This document shows, piece after piece, positions 37,550-48,945 of a stretch of DNA of 64,000 bases. Position 1 is the stretch's first letter. Every line of letters begins with the position of its first letter. The DNA lies in contig NW_026262723.1 in NCBI RefSeq assembly GCF_021869535.1, positions 67,208,001-67,272,000 of the forward strand. Direction: 5' to 3'. The position numbers were made by a program, and so were the translations under genes. Below the pieces are notes generated by a model. That model was not told the DNA's origin. It ran no database searches and saw only the letters and a list, made by a program, of their open reading frames with translations. This stretch comes from Mytilus californianus (Eukaryota).

Positions 37550-38300
37550 ACTATAACTTTATTGCAAAACGTACAAACCTATCGGGTTAAAATGCAAACA
37601 TAATATACACAAGAAAACATACATCTTTTTGGGATCTAAAATAGTTTTAAGTTTAGAGTTTGAGTCAAGCTGGTTAAAATTAGGATAATGGTTTTTAATT
37701 GCATTTATTAGGGGATTTCTAATATTACTGTTGATTTGGCAATGAAGGAAAAAGTGTTCCTCATAGTCTTAAATTTTGCAAACTTTTCACACTCTGTGTT
37801 CTCTTTGAAATTTTTTACCAGTTTACTATAAAGGTAAAGATTTTAACTGTTATCGATATTTGAAAGTTTTTCAAGAGTGATTTTATCATACTTTTCTTTA
37901 ACAATATGTTTAAAAGTTTTTTAAGTGAATTTTTTTATAAGTTTAAAAGGTTTGTCAAAATCAACATATTCTTCTTCATCAATATTAAATTCTTTTAAAA
38001 ATGTGCTTTGCAAAAGTGTACCAAGTATATATTCCATCTTCAGACCTAGACTTATTTACTTTGAAAGCTTCTTTCACAAGAAGGTTTATTTCATGGCAGT
38101 TAATTCTACAAAAATATAATAAAACTTGAGTTTTTATAAAGGAGTCAAGTGGAAATCGTCATAACTCAGACTTTGCAACTATATTACATGAGGTTTTTTT
38201 TAATTCCAAGAACAGTTTTACATTTATGATGCACTTTGTCAAAGCTGAATCTATCTGTCAAGGACAAAATATCACAGTTAGTTCCATGCATTTATAAACA
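37550..38300 (-). mobile_element. Possible decayed LINE 3' fragment with adjacent (TA)n
   Basis: Broken minus frames (CEKFAKFKTMRNTF) resemble LINE ORF2 C-termini; (TA)n at 37527-37548. Confidence 0.3.
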
Positions 38301-38621
38301 CCTTATAATTCAACCTGTATTTGAATAAAAATAGGGTGCGAACGTGATGAAGGAGCGAACGAGACAGATACCTTTTTATTTTGTTTGGGAGGGGGGGGGG
38401 GGGGGGGGGGGGGTTAAAATTCTGCAATGAATTGTTACGCTCTGGTCATTGGTCTGACGTCATGAACTAAGACTTGAATTTTTCTAGTTCATGCAGATGT
38501 CTCCGGATACACCTCGTACGGTATTTTTATGAAAGTAGGGGTTTACCTGAACTTCTATTAAAAGATGCTATTTAATCGATGTATCATCTTCATTCACAGG
38601 TGCATTTGTCCAAATTCATTT

Positions 38622-39115
38622 CTGTTCATCGCCATTCTTTATGTTGTGTATTTCTTGTGTATAACGTCATTTGTGGACGGCGCCAAAAATTATAAATAGC
38701 AATTTGCATGCACCGAGGAGGCTTTTCACCTCACATGCAGAACGTTCGCTGTTTTTAAATATTAGAAAACAATAATATTGCACCAACCAAAGGATTGTAA
38801 ATGCTGTAAAATGACGCAAAAACATATTAGTTTTGGACAGAAATTGGTAAATGTCTATTCCGAGACTTTATAAAAATATTTATATTCATTAATCGGAGCT
38901 AGGCTACCATAAAACTCTGTCGTCTGCCGTCTTGCACCAAGCTGCGTAGTCTGTGTTTTTATTTTAGATAGCACAAAGCAGATTTGCTCGGTGCTAGTAG
39001 GAACCATTATTAAGCTTTTAGGGACAAGTGCACCTATATTTATTATAATATATATCTCTTTTCATGTGTTTTATGAACTACTATATTTGTTGTATTGCAT
39101 ATTACTGAAGCTTAA
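38622..39115 (+). repeat. Copy 1 of a ~500-bp diverged direct repeat (copy 2 at 44903-45555)
   Basis: CCATTCTTTATGTTGTGTATTTCTTGTG...GCATATTACTGAAGC shared. Copy 2 has a ~190-bp extra segment and lies upstream of the Harbinger transposase. Confidence 0.9.
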
Positions 39116-41780
39116 TATGGCTTCTAAATTTTAAGAACCCAGAGGGTCAAATTGCAAGATGGTTTGAAATTCTTGCTGCTTATGATTTTAAAATTGAGCA
39201 CCGGGCTGGTCGCTCACATGCAAATGCTGATGCCATGTCAAGGATGCATTGTCATGATGAAAATTGTAGTCATTGTAACAGAGCTGAAGATAAATTCCAG
39301 AAGCTGGAAGTTCAGATGAAGTTGTACCCAATACTGTAGAGGTGCACCGTGTTCTTAATAAAAAGGGGGTGAAATATATCTCCTCGCCTGATCCAAATAC
39401 TAATAATATGATGACTTCAGAAAATATTGCTGTATATGTAACTACCAGATCGGGGAAAGCATTAGATAAATCCCACTCCTGGAATAGCAATAAAGCTGTG
39501 GAGTTGGGAAATTACCCATGGTGATAAATGTTATGATTTTACAGGAGAAAAAATTTGCTGAATGTCAAAATAATGACACTGTTTTACATTTATTAATTAA
39601 TTAGAAAGAAAATGGGGAGAGACCTGTTTGGGAGAAACTTTATCTGTGTAGTTCCGCAGTAAAATATTATTGGTCTTGGTGGGAGTCTCCTTATATAAAA
39701 CAAAAGGTTTTATATCAGAAATGGGAAAATGTAGATGGTAAAGGAGAAAAATGGTTAAAAGTTATTCGTAAAAAGCTTAAATAGTTATTTTTTATTCCAA
39801 TTACACAATAGTGTTACTGGAGGGCATTTAGGTGTCAAGAAAACTCTTTCTTAAGTTAGGGAAAGATATTCTTGGTTCAAACACAGGGATGATGTGGCTA
39901 ATTGGTGCCGGCAGTGTGATATTTGTGCCTCTAAAGAAGGTCCAAATAAAAAAGCCACATGCTCCACTCCAACAGTATAACGTTGGGGCTCCTTTAGAGC
40001 GTATAGCAGTTGATATTTTAGGCCCTTTACCCAGAACATATATATAAGGGAAATCGATATTTAATGGTTGTTGGGAGATTATTTCTCAAAATGGGCTGAC
40101 GCAATACCCATAAGGAATCAGGAAGCCACAATGAAATGTACAAGCTGTTAGGTTTACATAAAACCCGAACTACGGGTCTGAGACCTCAAAGTGATGGCAT
40201 GGTAGAAAGATTAAATAGTACCATTGAAAACATGTTAGCTAGTTTTGTTTCTGAAAATCAGAAAAATTGGGATGAGTACATATTTTTGCTCATGATGGCA
40301 TATAGAGCTTCTGCCCATGAAACCACCAAGGTTTCCCCTTATGAAATGACGTTTGGCCGCAGTATAAATTTGCCCATTGATCTTACAATTGGACACCCTG
40401 ATTCAAATTTGATGAAACCAGAATATAGTTCTGAATATGTTGATGAGTTGTCTACAAAATTATACAAAATTCATAAATTTGCACGAAAACATATTGCTGT
40501 TGGTAGCAATAATATGATTGATTGATTGATTGATTGTTGGTTGCTTTACGCCGCATTAGCACAACAAGGCTATATCGCGGTGAGAGCTAATTCGAATATT
40601 TTTTAAAATTTAAAGCATATTCTTAAAATCAGACAAATGGCCTTTCAATAAACTAAAATTCTAGATTAAAGCAAATTGATTATTTACAAATAAAAATGAA
40701 CATTAAGATAACGTGATAAAATTTAAAATCGTTTTAAATATAATAACATTTTTATATTTTAGAATATATTCCAACTTCTTTTAAGAATGAAACAATATTT
40801 GTAAATGGAACATTATTAAATAAATCATACATATTATTGACATTGAAATGCTTCTTACGAGTATCAGCAAAGTCAATACAATTGATTAAAACATGTTTAA
40901 TACTATACTTGCAGTTACAAGGTATACATTGTGGTTCTACTTCATTTTTTAAAAGATATTCGTGTGTTATTCTAGTATGACCAATACGACATCTAGAAAT
41001 AACACACTGATCTTTTCTGCACATAAAATTATTGAAAGGTTTACCTAAATTAGGTTTAACTTCATGTAATTTATTATCATCTTTTTTACTCCATTCATTT
41101 TTCAATATATTAAAAACATATTCTCTAATATTAGATTTAAAATCGGTATATGGTATATCACAGTTAGATAAAGAGTCACCCAGGGCATTCTTTGCCTCAA
41201 GGTCTACAGCTGTGTTTCCAAGGATTCCAACATGACTCGGCACCCATAGAAATAATATTTCTTTACGAAGAATTTTTAAATTCCTCATTACATATAAAAT
41301 TTTGAGAATTGTTGGGTTATTAATTTTAGTATTTTGTATAGCTTGTAAGCATGAAAGTGAATCAGAACATATAATAAATTTGGATTTATCTGAAGAAGCA
41401 ATAAATTTCAAAGCCAAAATTATTGCGTCTGCTTCAGCAGTAAAGATCGATGCATCAAATGGCAAACGGAGAGTTGCAGCTCTGTCCCTGAAGACAGCAG
41501 CAGATGCAACTCTGTCACGCAATAATATGAAACGGTTGTATGACAGAAGTACAAATTTGCATGAATATTAAGCTGGTGATGATGTATGGTTTTACAACCC
41601 TGTTCGCAGTAAAGGGTTAAATCCTAAATTATAAAGGCCTTGACTAGGACCTTTCTCAGTGTTAGAAAGAATAAAAGCTGTTATTTACAGAATAAAATAA
41701 TGTCCAAGGACAAAGCCTAAGATAGTCCACCATGACCGATTAAAATTACATGTTGGTGAAACATTACCTTTCAATGGATG
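39116..41780 (+). pseudogene. pol: Gypsy LTR-retrotransposon pol relic (RNase H end, H2C2 zinc finger, rve integrase, GPY/F), 5'-truncated
   Basis: LIWLLNFKNPEGQIARW, HANADAMSR, GGHLGVKKT, WCRQCDIC, PLERIAVDILGPLP, PQSDGMVERLN, LGPFSVLE. Confidence 0.92.
40517..41518 (-). mobile_element. 5'-truncated Nimb/I LINE (open RNase H frame, 3' UTR, (CAAT)n tail) inserted in the Gypsy integrase
   Basis: Perfect 11-bp TSD GCAATAATATG (40506-40516, 41519-41529); open frame 40752-41522; same family as 27270-28294. Confidence 0.95.
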
Positions 41781-41961
41781 AAAATTAAATATAAAGTTCT
41801 ATAAATGAACCTATATATACTAGTAGATAAAAAAAATATGCTGGATGAGGTTGCATGTCCTAAACCTTCTATCATATATATCATGCTGCTAATATTTTAT
41901 ATCATGCTTGTTTTAATACAATAAACCAAACTTGTGTACTGAAAAACACTTTTTTCTTAAT

Positions 41962-43318
41962 ATGCAGATTACGCTATACAGATGTGGTCTTTGTCTGAAT
42001 CATGACTTCGACTGCCCTTTTAAAGTTGAGAGGCACATGGATGAACAGCATTCAAAGTTTGGGTACATGTGCCCAGAATGTAAGAGGATATTTTTAAGAA
42101 GAGACATCAAGCAAATAATTGCTCAAGGAGGGGAGCATGTGGCAAGGACTTACAGTTTGTCAGTATGGAAAATTTCTTTTTGGTGAAATAGAACAACAAA
42201 AATTAAAGAAATTCAAAAGAGAGAGCAGACAGATGATAATAGAAATTCACCCCTAGCAAACTGAAAATAAGGAAAATAATATTAAGGGGGATGTACAGAA
42301 ATCACAGTGGGGAACATAAGTCTGTAGAAAACAATAAAAATATTCATAGAAAGAGATGAGTGATAAAGATCAGCAAAAGAAAGAGAAGACAAAGGAGAGC
42401 TGTGAAAATGTTAAACAGGTTAAAATTGAAAGCAAAAATGATAAGGTGTATCAAAAGAAAAAGAAATTAAATGAAAAGAAAAGAAAACGTTCTTTGTCAC
42501 CCACACGATCCACTACCCCTATACCACATTCGAGGAAAATTGTTATCAAACCTGCAGAGAAAGTGATGCCAACGACCCCTCATGTATATGCCCCAACTTT
42601 AGTGCCACCCCTTCTACCAATATTTTCCTCATTAAGATCACCAAGTACAGTATGTATGGATGAACACATTGTTTATATTACTGAACCGATATCAGATACT
42701 TTATCAAAATCAATATTAGATAGTAACAATAATGTACATGTGGTCACAGATATTTTTGAAAGTATAATTCCTACCCCCGAGAACACCACCAGTATGTAGT
42801 ACGCAAACAACTAATGAATCCAAACAATGTGATGTTTTAACCTTGCTGGCCCCAGATGAATATATCCCTGAACTTAATGCACCAAGTGTGAATGCACTTA
42901 CTGAGGAAATCAGCTACACCCCGACTCCGAAAAATACTTTACAACTTAAGGCAATGGCCAACTGCCAGAAATGTCGTATAATTTTAAATGTGGGAGGTAG
43001 TAGGTTTGAAACCTGTTTTCCTACCCTCCAGCAGGACCCATCAGCTATATTGTCTTACATGATACTGAAGGACTCATCCTTGAAACTTTATAAAGTTGAT
43101 AATGTGTACACTTACTTTTTAGACAGAGACCCCGTCATTTTGTGCATATCTTTAATTATCTTTGTTCAGAGTGCAGTATGGACTTATATACTTTACAAAG
43201 AACCGTTATTGCTCTCCGTGAACTTCAGAGAGAGTGTGTATTCTACAATTTAACCCACCTTCATTGTTTATTAGAGAAAAGAATTGTGGACATACTACAA
43301 GGACATTTATTGGAGTGA
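41962..43318 (+). pseudogene. Intronless ORF: N-terminal zinc fingers, Lys-rich and Pro/Thr-rich linker, C-terminal KCTD/T1-type BTB domain; frameshifted
   Basis: YRCGLCLNHDFDCPFKVERHMDEQH and YMCPECKRIF; IILNVGGSRFET...TLQQDPSAIL...YFLDRDP, then after a 1-nt shift RHFVHIFNYL...LRELQRECVFYNLTHL...*(43318). Confidence 0.8.
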
Positions 43319-44060
43319 CATTTTGTTGTTATATAATATTACTTTGTATTTGCAAAATTTAGCACGGTAGATGGCATCATTGGCCTACTTATGTAATTTC
43401 CGTCAGCTTTAGTCACTCTGTATTGCAATTTGCTACTGATTGCCTGTTTTCCAGTGGAAATTGGCAATATTCATCCCCGCATCACTTGGGGGGTGGTTTT
43501 TAAATTATACAATAAAAGGTTCAATGTTGGTTCTATCCTAATCTTTGTATCACTTTGAGTTTCTGAGACCAACATAGTTACATGCTGTTTTATTTAAAGC
43601 TAATCTCAGGAATCTAAAGTGAACTTTAGTTTGATAAGGCCTCATTTGAGTAGACTAGTGTATATATGCTACATGTAGTATAGTGTTAACAAGTAATTAG
43701 TTCGCTTGAATAATATTTTCTTATGGTGAATTGTATCAAGTATCTATTTCATGATTTTGAATGCTGATCTATTATTGCCCAGTCTTGGGTGTTGTTACAT
43801 TGTTGATTGGTGCAGTAAGTGGTATTATATACATTCCAATTGTAATTCAATTGGAATGTATATTCCGTTAAAGTTTATTTATCTTTAGAAAAAAAATATA
43901 TATATATTATTGAGATGACTATAAGAATGTATTGATAGTGAAATACAGGAACTCATTAATAACTATATATATATATATATATGTTGTGGGTGTAAAACAA
44001 AACACTAGGATTAGTAGTATATTGACATTATTGAAATGACTATTATGATATACTTCAATG

Positions 44061-44350
44061 TAAAATTGAGAATGGAAATTGGGAATGTGTCAAAGAGACA
44101 ACAACCCGACCATAGAGCAGACAACAGCCGAAGGCCACCAATGGGTCTTCAATGCAGCGAGAAACTCCCGCACCCGGAGGCGTCCTTCAGCTGGCCCCTA
44201 AACAAATATGTATACTAGTTCAGTGATAATGGACGTCATACTAAACTCCAAATTATACACAAAAACTAAAATTAAAAATGATACAAGACTAACAAAGGCC
44301 AGAGGCTCCTGACTTAGGACAGGCGCAAAAATGCGGCGGGGTTAAACATG
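44061..44350 (-). mobile_element. Reverse copy of the repeat at 77-368
   Basis: Direct sequence comparison. Confidence 0.9.
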
Positions 44351-44499
44351 TTTTTTGGGAATATATATGTTTGTGGGTGTAAACCAAAACACCATGACTA
44401 AAGAAACACGTGGAGAAATGACTCTCAGTACTTATATTGACATTCCTTGGAATGATATCTGTGATTTTAAAAATAAAGATTTAATAAATATATATATAA

Positions 44500-44840
44500 G
44501 TACACAAGTACGTCTATACAAGTGACAACTCTACAACAGATCGATCAATTGGATCACCAGTAAATGTGATACACGGTTGAAAACACATATTATATTCTTA
44601 ATTACTCTAAATATCAGCTCAACAATGTTAAATCTGCAAATTTGCGGAAGCAAATTTTTGTTCTTCCCTCGCCGGGATTCGAACTCATGCTATAGGGATA
44701 TCGAGACAACACCGCCTGCACTGTGTCCAGCGCTCTAGACCACTCGGCCACCTAGACTGAACTTAAAATTCAGCTTACGGTGGCCTAGTGTTTCCTTTTC
44801 TCGTCAGTAGAATCTAGAGTTGTAACACAGTACATGATAT
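44500..44840 (-). mobile_element. tRNA-derived (Pol III A/B box) repeat with an overlapping hammerhead-like fold
   Basis: Minus-strand A box TGGCCGAGTGG (44740-44750) and B box GAGTTCGAATCCC (44674-44686); upstream CTGACGA...GAAAC (44790-44807); no acceptor stem. Confidence 0.6.
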
Positions 44841-45807
44841 AGTATTCTCAGAGAGAGACTAAACAATTGTGATTGACTTCATCGCTACTTTCACTTTACG
44901 GTGCCATTCTTTATGTTGTGTATTTCTTGTGTATTACGTCATTTTTGGTCGGAACCAAAATTATAAATAGCAAATTTACATGCACCGAGGAGGCTTTTCA
45001 CCTCACATGCAGAACGTTCGCTGTTAATATTAGAAAACAATAATATTGCACCATGCAAAAGATTGTAAATGCTGTAAAATGACGCAAGCATATTAGTGTT
45101 GGACAGAAATTGGTAAATGTCTATTCCGAGACTTTATAAAAATATTTTAATTCATTAATCGGAGGCAACCCTAAAACTCCGTCGTCTGCCGTATTGCACC
45201 AAGCTGCAGTCGGTGTTTTTATTTTGGCTAGCACCAAGCAGATTTGCTCAGTGCTACACCAAGTGAAATGACTTGAAGAAAAAGTATTTTTATTCAAGAG
45301 AAAGCTTCTAAGTATTTACTTATTAGTCTTTTATTTATTCTTATGAAATCATGAGATCAACTGAATATATAACCTGCACCAAGCAGGGTCCCAAATTATT
45401 TGCTTGCACCTACTAGATTTTTTTGCATCAAGTGTTAGTAAGAACCATTATTAAGCTTTTAGGGACAAATGCACCTATATTTATTATAATATATATCTCG
45501 TTTCATGTGTTCTATGAACCACTGTATTTGATGTATTGCATATTACTGAAGCAGAAAATAATACAATTTATGAACTTCCATTATGGTTTTTATTATTACT
45601 TCCTTCACCAGAGGCCCACATAAGTAACACGGGTATCCTGACTCGTAAACCCCGAAACGTTACAGAATTGTTGCAATCAAAGTTATGTTGAAAATTTTAA
45701 AAAAAAGTTTGTGTTTCTGCTTTATAAAACCAGCATTTCAGTGTATATATAACTGTAGGTATATGAATTGTACAAACGTAAGTTTTACAGATTTGTTGCT
45801 TTAACAG

Positions 45808-47012
45808 GTGCTCGATGCTTTGAGGTACTTTGTATCTGGGAGTTTCATGTAGGTCATTAGAGATACTGTGGGTATAAACAAATCAACAGTAAGCAGGAGC
45901 GTTAATAGAGTATCTAAAGCCCTTGTTGCTAAAACTGACTAGTATATCAAGTGGCCGTCAGAACAGAGGACACGTGAAATAATTCTAGGTTTTTATGACA
46001 ATTGAGGTTTCCCGGAGTAATTGGTTGTGTTGAAAGCAGCCATGTTAGTAATTGCAGCACCTTCCAACGATAAACCCTCATTCGTCAACAGAAAGGGCTT
46101 TGATAGCATAAATGTGCAGGCCATTTTTGATCATGAGGGTATTTATCAACATAAATTTGTATATGTTTCATTGATACCACGGAAGCATAATTGATAAACA
46201 ATATACAGCCGCAATATTATATAACAATATTATATACTCAGTCACAAAAATTAGTCAATCTTGTTTTAATTATTAAAATCATTTAATTATGGAATCGCAT
46301 AAAAATTCAAAACAATCTTGACTTGCTAATCAGATCGTACGTCCATATAAATGACAAATGCCAGAAAATAAACCTACTGTTTAAGTAGACCAATTGTCGC
46401 TTACAAATAAGAGTATATGACATTATTAAAGGAGTACGTTCCAAAACAACAATCTATAAAGTAACACGTTTGAACTGTGTCACAAAATTTTCAACTCAGG
46501 CTATTCTATGGATTAAATTTGTGTTGTTGTAAAAATCATTAAAAAATAAAGCTAGTTCTCAAATACTTTTTAATTTCTATTTTTATATATATTTTTTTCT
46601 AATTATTTCTTGATTTATATTACAGTTCAACAATTATGTTTGTAGGTAAATTTACAAACATTGGAGCAAGGTGACCTGGAAGTGTTCATGACAGTCACAT
46701 TATGAGATTTTCCCAAATATCTGGACATTTGGAGCAAGCTCACACGAGTGTGTAAAAGATGGCTTGATACTTGGTGACAGCGGCTACGCATGTAATAGTT
46801 TCTGATGACGCCTTATATCAGGCCGACAGTGCCGTACCGGAAGAGATTCAATAAAACCCACGCGCGCACAAGATCCTGTATTGAAAGAACCTTTGGGTGG
46901 TGGAAGAAGAGATTCAGTTGCCTACACGCAGAATTACGACTAAAACCAGAGAAAGTGTGTACCTTGATCATGGCCTGTGCAGTTTTGAATAATCTTGCAA
47001 TAGAGATGAGAG
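45808..47012 (+). pseudogene. PIF/Harbinger (HARBI1-like) transposase relic with an intron at about 46139-46645
   Basis: ALRYFVSGSF, GINKSTVSR, YIKWP, GFPGVIGC, PGSVHDSHI, LGDSGYAC, LMTPY, IERTFGWWKKRF. Confidence 0.9.
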
Positions 47013-47429
47013 TACTCTCAGATCTGTACTGTGTCTATTATTGTTAGGGATGTATAAATACCCTGCCACGTACGTTCTGTGTTTTTGTTAAGATCACTCA
47101 CAAACATGTTTAACCCCGCCACATTGTTTACGTGTCTGTCCCAAGCAAGGAGCCTGTAGTTCAGTGGTTGTCGTTGGCTCATGTCTGTCATATTTGTTTT
47201 TCGTAAATTGTTTTGTTATAAATTACTCCGTTAGTTTTCTCGCGTGAATTGTTTTATATTTTCCATGTCGGGGCCTTTTACAGCCGACTATACGGTATGG
47301 GTGTTTGTTGAATGCCGTACGGTTACCTATAATTGTTTACATCCACTTCATCTGAACGTCGGTGGATAGTTGTCTCATTGGCAATCATACCACATTTCCT
47401 TATTTTTATAGAGTAAGTAAAGCGTCATT

Positions 47430-47720
47430 CTCCTGAACTTCTAACTGGTTCAATCTTCTTATTTCCTGTTTCAGTTTTTCATTTTCCTGTTTTATTTTGT
47501 CGACCTCCAGTTTAAATTTTTCTTCCTGGACAGTCAACACATCATATTGATTCCCTGCTAGCATTTCCGTTTTTCCTGGACAGTCAACACATCAAATTGC
47601 TTCTCTGTTAGCATTTCCGGAGTAATTAAAGTCCTCGATGGTTTCTTCTTAGAGAATCAAGTGCTAGTACATCTTGGTAAAGAATTTGCAAAGGCGTGAG
47701 TACATGTATCATTGTCTACT
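47430..47720 (-). pseudogene. Probable C-terminal coiled-coil remnant of the Harbinger Myb/SANT partner ORF, with a 49-bp tandem duplication
   Basis: Minus frame YDVLTVQEEKFKLEVDKI...QENEKLKQEIRRL; convergent with the transposase. Confidence 0.4.
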
Positions 47721-48062
47721 GACAAATAACTTTCTGGCTGGACTTGAACCTCACACGTTGAGAAAGATTCAACCGGAGAAATATCTGGTGAAGAGATTGA
47801 GCTTGAAGTATTTGAAAATCTAGATTCAGATGAATTATAAGGTATCGATTCGACATAAAGAGTGTAGTATTTGAATAGCTTCTTGAAAGAAAAATAAGTG
47901 TTAAGTGTTTTAACCGGTCGAATGATTTTACCCCCAATCTAATCTTCAATGAAGTGTTAAAACGACAATTAAAATATCGAAATGTCTAAAAGATAAAATA
48001 TCCATAGTTAATATCATAAATATGTTCAATTGCCGAGAGTAAAATTGAAATTGGATAATCAT

Positions 48063-48756
48063 GGGCAGTCCTAGCTGCTGAACCGTAGTTCTTATGGTCC
48101 TTATGATACCGGTAGATGGTCCGCAAATTTGTCAAAAAATATCATAAGGACGATTAGGGGACGCCCATTTAACTGTGGTTGGGGCCTGGCAAATTTGAGG
48201 AGTTCAGAATATTCATTTCCAATTTAAAGGAGGACCAGAATGCTTATTTTCTACTCTTTCAAAAAGTGACTTTTAAATTTTTTAGATCCTTTTTGGTTTA
48301 TGCTTTGCAACGTTTTCGGTCCTTATACATCCTTGACTTTTAAATATTCGGCTTTGAGCGTTCCTGGTGAAGGTAAATCCAGAAAAGCGCTTCGGACGGA
48401 TCAAATTTATTACATGTTGTTTTCATTTTTTAAACTTGATTTGATTAAATGATTGAGGACCTCTAAAGAAGAAGGTCGTAAATAATAGTCCGAGCGTAGC
48501 TAGCCAAACATATTAAGATCGTTTTATGGCAAAAAAAAATAAATTTTGTCCAGTCGAAAGCAACTGATAATATTTCTATTGCATACCTTTGTAAAGTTGG
48601 CGAGCGGAGCGAGCCAAAAATATATTTTGGCCAAAAAATTTATTTTCAAGTGTGAGAAGGTAAGATTATGTTTTTCCGACTTCATAGGGCCAGCCCCACC
48701 CCTCAAATTCAAATGGTTTTCCCCTAAGAGCTACGGTTCTGCAGCTACGGCCGTCC
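48063..48756. mobile_element. TIR element (~32-bp imperfect TIRs) hosting retrozyme and MITE fragments
   Basis: GGGCAGTCCTAGCTGCTGAACCGTAGTTCTTA versus the reverse complement of TAAGAGCTACGGTTCTGCAGCTACGGCCGTCC. Confidence 0.65.
48280..48432 (+). ncRNA. Retrozyme family 2 fragment with a hammerhead carrying an A6G core change
   Basis: GCGTTC-CTGGTGA-AGGTAAATCCA-GAAA-A-GCGC-T-TC-GGACGG at 48358-48399. Confidence 0.8.
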
Positions 48757-48789
48757 GTGAATACGAAGGTACATGGTGTATTCATAATG

Positions 48790-48945
48790 ACAGGACACAA
48801 GTTATTCTAACCCCGAGCCATGTCTATTTCTGAATGCCGGATGTTGTGGGGACGATGCACTGAGCGATGCCAATGTTCAAATTAGTCTTGTTTGAACCCG
48901 CGACCTCCCGCATTCCAAGCAAGCACACTTTCCACGATACCACTT
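48790..48945 (-). mobile_element. Degenerate tRNA-headed SINE (Meta-SINE-like)
   Basis: Minus strand GGAGGTCGCGGGTTCAAAC (B-box-like) followed by AAGACTA...GGCTCGG..TTAGAATAA..TGTGTCC, resembling the bivalve Meta-domain SINE body. Confidence 0.45.

Noticed and set aside
38389-38414. Long poly-G/poly-C tracts (also near 1432, 35110, 35398 and 62309) as functional G-quadruplexes
   Set aside because: They are simple homopolymers of uncertain length in assemblies, with no positional pattern beyond adjacency to repeats.
44660-44760. Functional tRNA gene
   Set aside because: A and B boxes are present but there is no acceptor-stem pairing or clear anticodon arm; treated as a tRNA-derived repeat.
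38622-45555. Direct repeats as LTRs of the Gypsy element
   Set aside because: No TG...CA ends, PBS or gag after copy 1. The junction falls mid-RNase H, and copy 2 leads into a Harbinger transposase.
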